DNA of 64,000 nucleotides from a virus: IMG/VR virus record IMGVR_UViG_3300028653_000010; one strand, 5' to 3'. Shown piece by piece: positions 45,595 to 55,314 of this stretch (position 1 is its first letter; each line of letters starts with the position of its first letter). The notes under the pieces were generated by a model. It saw only the letters and a program-made list of their open reading frames with translations, ran no database searches and was not told where the DNA came from. The position numbers and the translations under genes were made by a program.

Positions 45595-46933
45595 GTGAGT
45601 GGTCCAGGGTCATTGGTCGCACACAGGTTGGACAGACACCGAGCGCGCTGACCTCTTGCTCAAGACCAGCCTCCTCGACTTCAACCGTAGTCAATTCGCT
45701 TTCGAGGGTCCCAACCAGCCCCTGCAGGGACTGAAGCTTGGCGTGGTATTGATTCAGAGTACTTAGCTTGTTCTGCAACTGTTGAATTAGTTCTATATCT
45801 GGAACAGGAGCCTTGACCGCCTTACTTACGGTCTCGAACTTTGCCTTGAGCGCTCTGAGCTTGCCAATCCAAGAATCCAGGAGTGAGAACTTGGAAGACA
45901 ATGCATCTAGACCGGAGATCTCTGGTACTACCAAAGATTCGACCCATGTGAGCCCATCAACCCGAGATTGCCGGCGCGCGTGCTCAGTAGAAAACTTGGT
46001 GAGCTGAACCACCTTAGAGTTCATGGTGGAGACTGAAGCTATATTCGGAACACGGCCCTCCAGGTCCTCAACCCAACTCAAGCCAGACACAATCGCCTCT
46101 CGGCGGTCGTAGTCCTCAGAAAACTTGGTGAGCTGGTCAACCTTCTGACCTAGTTGGTCAATAGCGTCGATAGCAGGTACCTGGACAGACTCAACACTCG
46201 CCAAGGACCTGATCCGGAGCGCTAGGTCCTTGAGCTTGGAAAGGAACTCTTTGATGACCCCTAGCTTGACTTCCTTGGCCTCGATGACCTTGTACTGACC
46301 CTCTACGTCAACCACCTTCTGAAGGGCGTTATCCAGCCCCTCATAGGCACACAGACGAATCTTGAGCTTATCAGCATCCGCCTCTCGAATCTTCTTGACC
46401 CCCTGCAGGTCCCGACGGTCTTTCTCGACCAGCTTGGTAGCCTTGCTTACCCGATCCAACCTAGAAACATCGGATATAGTCTCGGCTACTACCCCACCAG
46501 ATTGGTCCAGAAGGAAAAGAGGGTAGAACTGGTCAGCAATCTGAATACTCTTGGAGGCATCGCCGACCTTGACCGGTGCAAGACCGTCCTTGAGGAGGAA
46601 CTCAGGGATACCCTTACCAGGCTTGTCGTACTTCTCTCCGTTGAAGAAGTATCGATTTACTGCATCCCCTTTCTCCCAAAATAAGTCGAACCCATCCATC
46701 ACAATGTGTACCGAGGAGGCACACTTGCAGGTCTTAACACCTCGAAGAACGCGAGCACAATCAAGCCCGTGCCTGACGAAGTTCACCCCCTCTGCATTGG
46801 TGAGAGCGCACTTGAGCGCTCTCACCAATGCACTCTTACCAATGTTGCTTCGGCCAACGATGGCAGTGAACCCGTCGAGGGAGATCTTGAGGTCCTCGAC
46901 AGACTGAAAGCCTTTGACCTCAATATTGATCAT
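45587..46933 (-). CDS. SbcC/Rad50-like ABC ATPase, N-terminal half ending in zinc hook
   Basis: IEVKGFQS, Walker A GRSNIGKS, Q-loop, long coiled coil, terminal CPTC. Confidence 0.85.
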   Translation of the reverse strand: MINIEVKGFQSVEDLKISLDGFTAIVGRSNIGKSALVRALKCALTNAEGVNFVRHGLDCARVLRGVKTCKCASSVHIVMDGFDLFWEKGDAVNRYFFNGEKYDKPGKGIPEFLLKDGLAPVKVGDASKSIQIADQFYPLFLLDQSGGVVAETISDVSRLDRVSKATKLVEKDRRDLQGVKKIREADADKLKIRLCAYEGLDNALQKVVDVEGQYKVIEAKEVKLGVIKEFLSKLKDLALRIRSLASVESVQVPAIDAIDQLGQKVDQLTKFSEDYDRREAIVSGLSWVEDLEGRVPNIASVSTMNSKVVQLTKFSTEHARRQSRVDGLTWVESLVVPEISGLDALSSKFSLLDSWIGKLRALKAKFETVSKAVKAPVPDIELIQQLQNKLSTLNQYHAKLQSLQGLVGTLESELTTVEVEEAGLEQEVSALGVCPTCVRPMTLDHSHA

Positions 46934-48159
46934 GACCCCTCGGAAACTACCTCTTCAGGAGTGGTATCAACTGCCTCGTCAAACAGGGTATCGTCATCGA
47001 GTTCTTTCCTCATGTCAGATACGATGTCATCGTCATCAACCTCGGTAACCGCGGTTGGGGCCTCAGAAAGAAGGCTCTGCATCACACTATCCCGAAGCTT
47101 CTCGAAAGCCTTTGGGTTACTCACTAGATAACTACGTAGCTTGTCTCGACCCTTGAAGGACTCACCCTCGAAGTCGTAGGCTGACGCTCTTTTGAGTATG
47201 ATCTTGCGAGGTACCGCCGCCTCAACCAAGGACAGGTACTCATCAACTCCAGTACCATACCGAATGAAGATCTCGCAGGCATGTCCTTGCTTCCCATCCA
47301 TCTTGTTCTTGACGGCCTTGACCTGAACCACGTTACCGAAGGGGATCTTCTTCTTTTGAAGGGTGATTGGGTCCACCTTTTCGATGAACTCTGACTTGAT
47401 TCGAGTCAGCTTCAAGCGTAGGCTTGCATAGAACTTCACGGCTTTACCACCAGCCGTGTTGTCGTCACCAGGACCATAGCTAGTTTTTGATATGTTAGCT
47501 CGAACCTGGTTGATGAAGATAACCACTGTCGGGCTGCCCTTGAGCCACTGAGTCATCTTCGGAAGGACCGAACTCATCGACCGAGCTAGAACTCCAATGG
47601 CAGCCGCGTCATCGAGCTTCTTCTCCAACTCAGCCTTGGGTACCATCGCGGCTACCGAGTCAATGACAACCAGTCCAACCCCTTGTTTGATGGCGATGTA
47701 GAGCATTTTCATGCCCTCTTCCAAGGTGGTTGGTGCGAACAAGCTCAGGTAGGACTCATCGAAGTTGACTCCAATCGACCGCGCGTATCCGTGGTGGATA
47801 GCGTTTTCATAGTCGAAGTACAGAACCCCTTGCTTGGCTCGCTGAGCCTGAACTGCAGCAGCTAAAGCAAGGGTAGTCTTACCACTTGACTCAGCTCCGT
47901 AGATCTCTGTGATACGTCCTCGGGGGTACCCAGGACATACCAGCCCTGACCCGTCAAGGATTGGAGTCCCACCAATCAAGCTATCAACCGCGATAGCTCC
48001 TGATTGCAAGTGAGGCCAGGAACCATTCCGGGTACCAATTGGGTCTTGGTCCGTCGCCTTCTTAATGAAGGCTCGTGTCTGCGCCATCATCTCTCTTCGC
48101 TTGGCGTCGACTTCATCCATAGGGGGTTGAGCATTTTTCTTAGAGGCAGCCATAATCAC
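46930..48159 (-). CDS. recA: RecA recombinase
   Basis: GYPRGRITEIYGAESSGKTT, IDSVAAMVP, IFINQVR, GGKAVKFYASLRL. Confidence 0.95.
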   Translation of the reverse strand: MIMAASKKNAQPPMDEVDAKRREMMAQTRAFIKKATDQDPIGTRNGSWPHLQSGAIAVDSLIGGTPILDGSGLVCPGYPRGRITEIYGAESSGKTTLALAAAVQAQRAKQGVLYFDYENAIHHGYARSIGVNFDESYLSLFAPTTLEEGMKMLYIAIKQGVGLVVIDSVAAMVPKAELEKKLDDAAAIGVLARSMSSVLPKMTQWLKGSPTVVIFINQVRANISKTSYGPGDDNTAGGKAVKFYASLRLKLTRIKSEFIEKVDPITLQKKKIPFGNVVQVKAVKNKMDGKQGHACEIFIRYGTGVDEYLSLVEAAVPRKIILKRASAYDFEGESFKGRDKLRSYLVSNPKAFEKLRDSVMQSLLSEAPTAVTEVDDDDIVSDMRKELDDDTLFDEAVDTTPEEVVSEGS

Positions 48160-48806
48160 TCCAATTTTGAGAACCTGAAGAACCTATCGTTTTCCCTGAA
48201 TAGCGTTCCGTACTTGTCGATCTCGCCCGAGCGAACACCCTTTGAGAAAGTGTGCTCCCCAATAAAGGTGTGTCGCTCGGACGGGATCAGTACATCTTCA
48301 TCTATCTCACCCTCTAACAGCAGCCAGAACCGAGCTGCGAATCTCGCCACGTTATAGGCATCAGCTTCGTCGTTGTTCCAACGAGTGATGCCTGTATCCG
48401 CTTTGGCCATCGCAACCATGTCAGACTTGAACATTTTCCCTTTGCGTATGGAGGGATCCTCCTTGGCAAGGGACTTCACTGTTAGAGGATCGAAGTACAC
48501 CACATCTCGTCGATGGGTATAAATCGCTTCATTTACATATGTGAACAGGGCGTAGAGTCCTTCAGACCAACCTTCACCAAAAGGGGGTGACTCTACTCCA
48601 ACGATGCTAACCTCAGGGTAATCATCAAGTAAGTTGTTAATGCACGATCGCAAACCCATGTATCGAGCTACGAACACCATATCAGCAGGGCTTGAAAAAC
48701 GGCCCTTATCTATGACGCGCGCCTTACCTACTGCCCATGGGTCGTGTACACACCAACCCATATCAGAGAATGATGGATCTAGCCCGAGGGAATACATTAA
48801 GCACAC
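48156..48806 (-). CDS. RuvC-like Holliday junction resolvase
   Basis: LGLDPS, VGVES, NDEADA. Confidence 0.75.
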   Translation of the reverse strand: MCLMYSLGLDPSFSDMGWCVHDPWAVGKARVIDKGRFSSPADMVFVARYMGLRSCINNLLDDYPEVSIVGVESPPFGEGWSEGLYALFTYVNEAIYTHRRDVVYFDPLTVKSLAKEDPSIRKGKMFKSDMVAMAKADTGITRWNNDEADAYNVARFAARFWLLLEGEIDEDVLIPSERHTFIGEHTFSKGVRSGEIDKYGTLFRENDRFFRFSKLE

Positions 48807-48849
48807 CTGTACCGCTAGTAGTCAACAAGTCGTTGTTGACTACTGGACG

Positions 48850-48889
48850 AAAAAGTGCCTGAGTAGGGACGCACTAACGCCCCTACTCA
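48850..48889 (-). terminator. Rho-independent terminator after SSB-like gene
   Basis: TGAGTAGGG/CCCTACTCA stem; minus strand continues GGCACTTTTT. Confidence 0.6.
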
Positions 48890-48902
48890 CAGTTACCACG
48901 GG

Positions 48903-49772
48903 TTAGACGTTACCGAGGACTCCGGAGAAGTCCTCGTCGCTGATATCCACGCTGGAGGAACCCCCACCACCGGCTGCCGGCATACCAAGCTTCTCTCGAA
49001 GCTCATCCGTCGTCAGCGTACGGAATGGGCTCAACTTAGCGTACAAGGCGAATGCCTTCTCGAGTACCATCTTCTTGAAGTTCTCGTTCTTCAAGTAGAT
49101 GGCGCTGCCCGCCTGTGTGATGGTATTCTTCTGGAAGTTGGTGTCACTGCAGGTGAGGTTCAAGTCGATCTGTGAGATGGAAGAACCATCCCCAACGAGA
49201 CCCTTATTCATCCTGCGGAAGTTTCCGTACATCTCGGGAGTAGTGCGCCAGGGGAGAACTCTCCAATGCTTGGAGAGACGCTCCTTGTCGATCTCACCTT
49301 CACGGTCAGTTGGGTACCACAGAACCACTGTGATCACGTAGTCCTTACGGTCACCAACCTTGGCCCAAACCTTCTCGTCAGCTGGGCTAAGCCCCGTCGG
49401 CCATGAGAGGAATCCAAGACCTTCCTTGTAGACCGCCGAAGCCGGCTTGAACCGAGCTTCCCTCAGGTCCAACAGGTCGACAGGTTCAAGAGCGTCAACC
49501 GACTTGTTGAGCTTGGCAGCGATGCTTGCGCGGACCTTCTTGATGATGGCCTTCTGTTGCTCCTGACTCAGATCCGGCTTGGCCTTGAGCTGGTTACGGA
49601 GTTGAATAGTCTCGTAGTTGTTGAAGTACACAAGAGCAATGCGGTCGGTACGACCCTTCTCACCCTTGTACCACTCAAGCTTGTTGGACTGGACTCGCCC
49701 CTTGTCCTCATCCCCAAGGCCAATGTCTTCGTTAACGTCGGGTAGCTCGATGTCTAGATCTTCTTCAGCCAT
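48903..49772 (-). CDS. Putative single-stranded DNA-binding protein (T4 gp32-like)
   Basis: 289 aa with biased codons, acidic termini and a Gly-rich linker before the acidic C-tail; lies in the recombination cluster. Confidence 0.55.
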   Translation of the reverse strand: MAEEDLDIELPDVNEDIGLGDEDKGRVQSNKLEWYKGEKGRTDRIALVYFNNYETIQLRNQLKAKPDLSQEQQKAIIKKVRASIAAKLNKSVDALEPVDLLDLREARFKPASAVYKEGLGFLSWPTGLSPADEKVWAKVGDRKDYVITVVLWYPTDREGEIDKERLSKHWRVLPWRTTPEMYGNFRRMNKGLVGDGSSISQIDLNLTCSDTNFQKNTITQAGSAIYLKNENFKKMVLEKAFALYAKLSPFRTLTTDELREKLGMPAAGGGGSSSVDISDEDFSGVLGNV

Positions 49773-49952
49773 GATTGTGTGTTTTCCTTTATTTGCAATG
49801 ACGTGGCCCCAGTTACAATTTGGTAGGTAGAGCTGGGTAACCTGGTCTGTGCTTCAATGTAGTACGCCATAGGACTGGATAGTGTCACCACGGACGGATC
49901 ATGTCAGTGACGTACCAGTGATCTGTTACACCAACAGTCGGTGCGAGACGAC

Positions 49953-50867
49953 TTACACGTTACTTAAAACGTCTTCAAAGTTGAAGTCTATGTCATCTAA
50001 CTTTACTTTTGCAGGTGACTCTTCTGCAGCCTTGGGTTTCTTTGAAGTTGCCTTAGCTGGCGCTGGTTTTTCCTCTAAGAAACTTGCTAGATCATCTTCA
50101 TCAGAGGTTGAAGTTGGATCACTAACCTCTACCACTGAAGGTACCCCGCTCGAAACTTCAGGTGCACTAGCTTGTTTCTCAGCAGGCTTCTCTAGTTCTG
50201 CTACAACAACCTCAGAAGATGGCTCTTCATCTTGAATACCAGCTAGAGCCGCTGCAAGATCACTGTCTTCGTCTTCCGACGTAGTACTAGGGACAAGTGG
50301 TATAGTACCCTTCATCAAGTTCTCTAGTTCATTCTCGTTGATATCAGCAGGGGCTCCAGAGGGTGGGGGGTTGCTACCAACTGGAGACTCATCCCCATAA
50401 CCGGACCCAGACATGCGGTCAGAGAATAAAAGGCTCCGCTGTACTTTAATCTCAGTGGAGGTTCGAATCAACTCATCGTGAACCAGCTTGACTGCCTTAT
50501 CCACGGTCTCCACATCGAGCAGGTCTCTCTTCTTTGAAGCTATGCTCTGGACCTGCTGACGAAGCATCGTGTTGACGACGGCCTCACGGTCACGGATGTT
50601 AGGCTGGCGCTGTACTGTCTCATTCTCAGCCAGCAAGTGGTCCTTCTCTATCGAGAGGGCAGTCTCTTCACCGGCGATCTGAACCATCAAGTTACGTCGC
50701 TTCAGACTCAGATCAACTCGACGCTGGGACACCTTGTTCAGGTAGTTGCGACACTTTGAAGTTACCGATTGGATGTATCTAGCCCCCAGCACTGTTGGAT
50801 CCGGCTCCAACTCAACTCGGAACGTACCAATCTCGCGATATAAATCATCAACGTACTTCTGGTCCAC
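49953..50867 (-). CDS. Hypothetical protein: coiled coil plus acidic disordered tail
   Basis: 304 aa; ends DIDFNFEDVLSNV. Confidence 0.6.
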   Translation of the reverse strand: MDQKYVDDLYREIGTFRVELEPDPTVLGARYIQSVTSKCRNYLNKVSQRRVDLSLKRRNLMVQIAGEETALSIEKDHLLAENETVQRQPNIRDREAVVNTMLRQQVQSIASKKRDLLDVETVDKAVKLVHDELIRTSTEIKVQRSLLFSDRMSGSGYGDESPVGSNPPPSGAPADINENELENLMKGTIPLVPSTTSEDEDSDLAAALAGIQDEEPSSEVVVAELEKPAEKQASAPEVSSGVPSVVEVSDPTSTSDEDDLASFLEEKPAPAKATSKKPKAAEESPAKVKLDDIDFNFEDVLSNV

Positions 50868-53054
50868 TCACTCAACTACACCAGAACCAACCGCTTCCAA
50901 GATAGCTTTCCCAAATCCAGTGTTTCTAGCTATAACCTTATCATTGTCGATTGCACGTTGGACAGCCCCGCGGTCACCAAGAACCCAAACCTTCTTCTTT
51001 GCACGGGTAACCGCCGTATAGAACAAGTTCCGTTGAAGCATACGCCCATGCTCTCGAACCATTGGCAGTATAATAGTGTCGAACTCACTGCCTTGGCACT
51101 TATGGACTGTGATTGCGTAAGCCAGCCGGAGCTTCTGAAGTACATCGCTCTTCTGTATTTCAACGTTGGCGTCAAGACCATCCTCACCCAGACCATGGAT
51201 CCTGACACGTAAGAAGTCAGAGCGGATGTCCACAAGTTTGCCCATATCTCCGTTGTAAACCCCAAGTTTGTAGTCATTCTTAATGACCATGAGGCGGTCG
51301 CCAACCCTGAAGAGCATCTTCCCGAAAGACACCTCCATCTTACCCATCTCTGGTGGATTTAGGACTTCGCGTAAACGCTCATTCAGGTTTGTAACCCCAA
51401 CAATACCATCATACTTCGGGGATAGTACTTGGAAGTTAGCGTCACGCTCCTTGAGCTTGGCCGCCATCTTCACGATCAGGTCTGGAATTCTTGAGTCATC
51501 CAAGGACAGAAACCTAAAGTCCGAGTTGTCATCCCCAGTCAAGATGCCATCACCTCGATTGATTCGATGGGAGTTCACGACAATCTCACTCTTCTGAGCT
51601 TGCCTGAAGATCTGAGTCAATCGTACTGTGGGTATCGCTGGGCAACGTACTAAGTCTCGAAGAACACTACCAGGGCCAACCGACGGCAACTGAGCATCAT
51701 CGCCGACGAGAACAAGGATAGTCCCCTCCTCGAGAGAACTCACCACCCTAAAGAATAGCTCCTGATCCACCATTGACATTTCGTCAATGATCACAGCCCC
51801 GATAGGGTACTTGTTCCACTCGCTGTAACCCCACTCCTCACCATTGAACCTGAATGTCCTGTGGATAGTGGCTGCCTCGCGACCGGTTACCATGGCCACC
51901 CTCTTTGCAGCGATCCCTGTGGGAGCCATCAGCTTGAACCCTACGCCAGCCCTGTCAAATAACTCGACAAAGGTCTTGATAACCGTGGTCTTTCCAGTTC
52001 CTGGCCCCCCAGTAAGAACGAGAACTCGATTGCTAAGTAGCTTGTGTACTGCATCTTGCTGGGCTTCAGAGAGACTGATCTGGTGGATATTCTCATAATT
52101 AGTTAGGAATTCCTTGATGTCCACATCGAGCGCAAGTGGGGTCATGAACTTAGCCAGGTACTCTGCTGACCGACGCTCGAAATTGAACAAGGAGGGGAGA
52201 TAGACTCCGACGTCTGGATCGATGAATACCTTTCCCTTTTCCTGCAACCTAGCCGTAGCTTCAATCAAGTCCTTGGAGAGGTCTGTGCTCTCAAATGACT
52301 CAACCTCAGCCTTCATAGACTCCCTGAGATTCATTGAAAGGTCGCCCCGGCGAAGACACAAGTGTCCTGACTGAGATGCCTCTCGCAGTAACCACAGTAC
52401 AGCCCCTTCGAATCGGCGAGGATCACTCTTGCTGATCCCACGAGACTCGGCTACCTCGTCAACTTTATCAAATTCGAACCCGTCAACCTCCAGTAAACTG
52501 TAAGGGTTTTCTGAGATGGTCTTACGAGCCTCAGATCCGAAGGCATTGAACAAGGCCTTCATTTGCTCGGAGGTCACCTCATGGTCAGCAAGAAGAGCCG
52601 ATAACTCAGAGCTAGTTATAGCCTCAGTCCAAGCACTGAGCAGTGATGAGGCTGTATCTGCATCGAATCCGGGGACCTCCATTAAACGTGCTGGCTCCTC
52701 GGACAGAATCCGGAATGAGTCCTTACCGAACTTATCAATCAGATCAAAGATCTTGCTCTCATCCAAGATCCCCAAACAGTAGCGCAAGAAGTTCTCGACC
52801 CCCACGTCTGAACTAGCCCAGGGCCCCCAACCATTAAATGCGAACTGTCGCCCAAATTTAGGGTGAAGTACCCACTTACCGAAGAGTTCAAGGGGGACCC
52901 CGGGGACAACACCCTGAATCCCAAAGAACCTACCCTTACAAATGATTTTAGAGTCGCGCGAGCGTGGGTCAGGATTCAAAGGCTCTACAGTGATGATGTA
53001 GAAGTCCTCAGCCTTGTGGATGATCCCTGTAACCAAAACCTTTAGTGAAGTCAT
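50868..53054 (-). CDS. recD2: RecD2-like SF1B helicase
   Basis: HPKFGRQF, NPY, GGPGTGKTT, APTGIAA, DEMSM, GDDAQLPSVG, AITVHKCQGSEF, YTAVTRA. Start reassigned to 53054. Confidence 0.92.
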   Translation of the reverse strand: MTSLKVLVTGIIHKAEDFYIITVEPLNPDPRSRDSKIICKGRFFGIQGVVPGVPLELFGKWVLHPKFGRQFAFNGWGPWASSDVGVENFLRYCLGILDESKIFDLIDKFGKDSFRILSEEPARLMEVPGFDADTASSLLSAWTEAITSSELSALLADHEVTSEQMKALFNAFGSEARKTISENPYSLLEVDGFEFDKVDEVAESRGISKSDPRRFEGAVLWLLREASQSGHLCLRRGDLSMNLRESMKAEVESFESTDLSKDLIEATARLQEKGKVFIDPDVGVYLPSLFNFERRSAEYLAKFMTPLALDVDIKEFLTNYENIHQISLSEAQQDAVHKLLSNRVLVLTGGPGTGKTTVIKTFVELFDRAGVGFKLMAPTGIAAKRVAMVTGREAATIHRTFRFNGEEWGYSEWNKYPIGAVIIDEMSMVDQELFFRVVSSLEEGTILVLVGDDAQLPSVGPGSVLRDLVRCPAIPTVRLTQIFRQAQKSEIVVNSHRINRGDGILTGDDNSDFRFLSLDDSRIPDLIVKMAAKLKERDANFQVLSPKYDGIVGVTNLNERLREVLNPPEMGKMEVSFGKMLFRVGDRLMVIKNDYKLGVYNGDMGKLVDIRSDFLRVRIHGLGEDGLDANVEIQKSDVLQKLRLAYAITVHKCQGSEFDTIILPMVREHGRMLQRNLFYTAVTRAKKKVWVLGDRGAVQRAIDNDKVIARNTGFGKAILEAVGSGVVE

Positions 53055-54943
53055 GAACTTACAAGGGAGAGGAACTCCTCCTCGGTGATGCACTTGGTAC
53101 CGTACTTGCGCGCCGTCGCCGCCTTTGTTGTACTAGTATCCGCCAGAACGAGGTAGGTTAGCTTCTTAGTGACAGAGCCCTTGACCTCGCCACCATTGAC
53201 CTTGACCATCTGCTCAAGGTCCCCGCGCGGGTGTCCCATCTCACCGGTAAAGCAGAAGTACATTCCTGAGAACTTACCTCGGATTGGTTCCTGTACCCAA
53301 ACCCCTACCTTGTCCAGTTCGTCTACGATCTGACTGTTATCTTTGACCCACTTGGATAGTACTGAAGCCTTAACAGGACCTATCCCCTTGATCTTGCTCA
53401 GGGTTACAGTATTAAGCTCTCGCAACTTGTAGATGTCGTCGTATCCGGAGTCCATCAGAAGCCTGATAGTGGACTGAGCGATTCCCGGGATACACAAGGA
53501 CCCGAGCAGCAAGTCGAGGGGGAGGATCTTCTTCTCATGAAGCAAACCAAGAGCCTTGGCCGCTGAAGTTGCACCCATGCGCTCGAGACCAGCTATCTGA
53601 TCCTCGGTGAGTCGATACAAGTCAGGAACTGACTTGACCAACCCTGTTGAAGTCAACTTCTCCAACAGGACGTCCCCCCACTCTAGAATACCGAGGTTGG
53701 TAAGCCACTGAGATAACCTACCGACAACCTGAGCCGGGCAGCCATCTCTATTAGGGCAAGTGTGGAACTCGCCCTCCGAGACAACCTCAGCCCCACAAGA
53801 GGGGCAGACTGCCGGAGCCGAAGCGATAGTCCCCACCCCGGTGATCACTGAGACTACGCGCGGGATGACATCGTTAGCCCGAGCAACTAGGATCTTAGAC
53901 CCTACGTCGAGCTTCAGGGTGTTAATGTATCTCCAATTATAGAGGCTGGCATTCACGATCTGAGCCCCTAGAAGGTTGACTTGATCAAAGTTGGCTACTG
54001 GAGTGATACGCCCGGTACTACCGGTTTGCCAAGTGATAGAGCGAAGAACTGTCTCTCGGGTAGCCGGAGCAAACTTGAAAGCTATCGCCCCCAAAGGACG
54101 CATGTCCCTCTCGCCAAGACCTTCTTGCTTACCTAGGTTGTTAATGACAAATACCAAACCATCAATGTCATAGTTCAGTTGATCACGCTTGGACTGATGA
54201 TACTCAACCCAGACATCGAGCGGAGTCCTCGACCCGGGTTTCATCTTCGACAAGCCCCACCCAGGTGATTTGAACCCCATTGAATCAAGGAATTTGAACT
54301 GATCAGCTTCAGTATCAAGCTTAGGGCCACCCAATACCTTGTAGAACAAGACTGTCAAGTGCTCACAACTCTGACCATCGTAGCGCTTGGCTATTCCACT
54401 AGCAGCATTTCTAGTATTGGAGTAGTTAGCCTTGAAGTAGTTATCGAAGTCCGTCTTCCGGATGATGATCTCCCCGCGCACTATGCAGGTAGTCTTCCTT
54501 GGGATTCGATTAGGAACCCCCTGCATCTTTGCTACATTGGCGGTGATGTCCTCACCAACCTTCCCGTCACCTCGAGTCAACGCTTGAGTGAGCTTACCAT
54601 TAACATAGCGTACAGAGATTGAGATCCCGTCCAACTTCTCTGAGTACAACAAGTCTTCATCCGGAGCATAAGTAGTAACCCACTCAGTCATTTCCTCCAG
54701 GGTGTTTACCTTGTCAAGAGATCCCATCTGTACAAGGTGCTTGACCTTGGACCACTCAGAGACTGGGGGAGCCCCAACTGCCTTCAAGTATGGGCTGATA
54801 TCATTCAGATCTGATAGCTCATCGACCCAAGCGTCGTATATCTCATCCGAGACGATCGGCGTCTTGTTGTAGTAATCGTCCCGAGCCTTAGCAATCAGAC
54901 CCTCAAGTTCCTTAATCCGATCTTCTTCTACGAAGTCAGTCAT
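53051..54943 (-). CDS. ligA: NAD+-dependent DNA ligase
   Basis: EKLDG, TRGDG.VGEDIT, RNAASG, DIDGLV, Zn finger, HhH, BRCT. Confidence 0.95.
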   Translation of the reverse strand: MTDFVEEDRIKELEGLIAKARDDYYNKTPIVSDEIYDAWVDELSDLNDISPYLKAVGAPPVSEWSKVKHLVQMGSLDKVNTLEEMTEWVTTYAPDEDLLYSEKLDGISISVRYVNGKLTQALTRGDGKVGEDITANVAKMQGVPNRIPRKTTCIVRGEIIIRKTDFDNYFKANYSNTRNAASGIAKRYDGQSCEHLTVLFYKVLGGPKLDTEADQFKFLDSMGFKSPGWGLSKMKPGSRTPLDVWVEYHQSKRDQLNYDIDGLVFVINNLGKQEGLGERDMRPLGAIAFKFAPATRETVLRSITWQTGSTGRITPVANFDQVNLLGAQIVNASLYNWRYINTLKLDVGSKILVARANDVIPRVVSVITGVGTIASAPAVCPSCGAEVVSEGEFHTCPNRDGCPAQVVGRLSQWLTNLGILEWGDVLLEKLTSTGLVKSVPDLYRLTEDQIAGLERMGATSAAKALGLLHEKKILPLDLLLGSLCIPGIAQSTIRLLMDSGYDDIYKLRELNTVTLSKIKGIGPVKASVLSKWVKDNSQIVDELDKVGVWVQEPIRGKFSGMYFCFTGEMGHPRGDLEQMVKVNGGEVKGSVTKKLTYLVLADTSTTKAATARKYGTKCITEEEFLSLVSS

Positions 54944-54946
54944 GAG

Positions 54947-55225
54947 TTACCCCTGATTTGAACCTGGTTTTTCTGCAGGGTCGGACTGATCAACAAGGGA
55001 CTTCTTGTGTAACTCCTCAAGAATCGAGACTGAGGCCATCGGGGTCAGAACGAACCTAACCTCTTTCCCATTCAGCATTGCAATAGCTGGGATAGGGTCA
55101 AAGGATAAAGGGTCACCAGTCTTGGGGTTTACGGTGCGGATGGTTACACTCCCAGTTACTGGGTCAACCTCGACAGTCCCTTCGACAATGTAGATCCCCA
55201 AGCTCTTGATATCAATATCAGCCAC
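54947..55225 (-). CDS. Hypothetical protein
   Basis: 92 aa with GAGG RBS. Confidence 0.55.
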   Translation of the reverse strand: MADIDIKSLGIYIVEGTVEVDPVTGSVTIRTVNPKTGDPLSFDPIPAIAMLNGKEVRFVLTPMASVSILEELHKKSLVDQSDPAEKPGSNQG

Positions 55226-55314
55226 ATGAACCTCGTTCGAGTTGAAGCCTTAAATTGCCAAGGCTCCCCTTCAGTGACACCGAAAGAGAGCCTTGTTGGA
55301 TAGATTAAATCACG

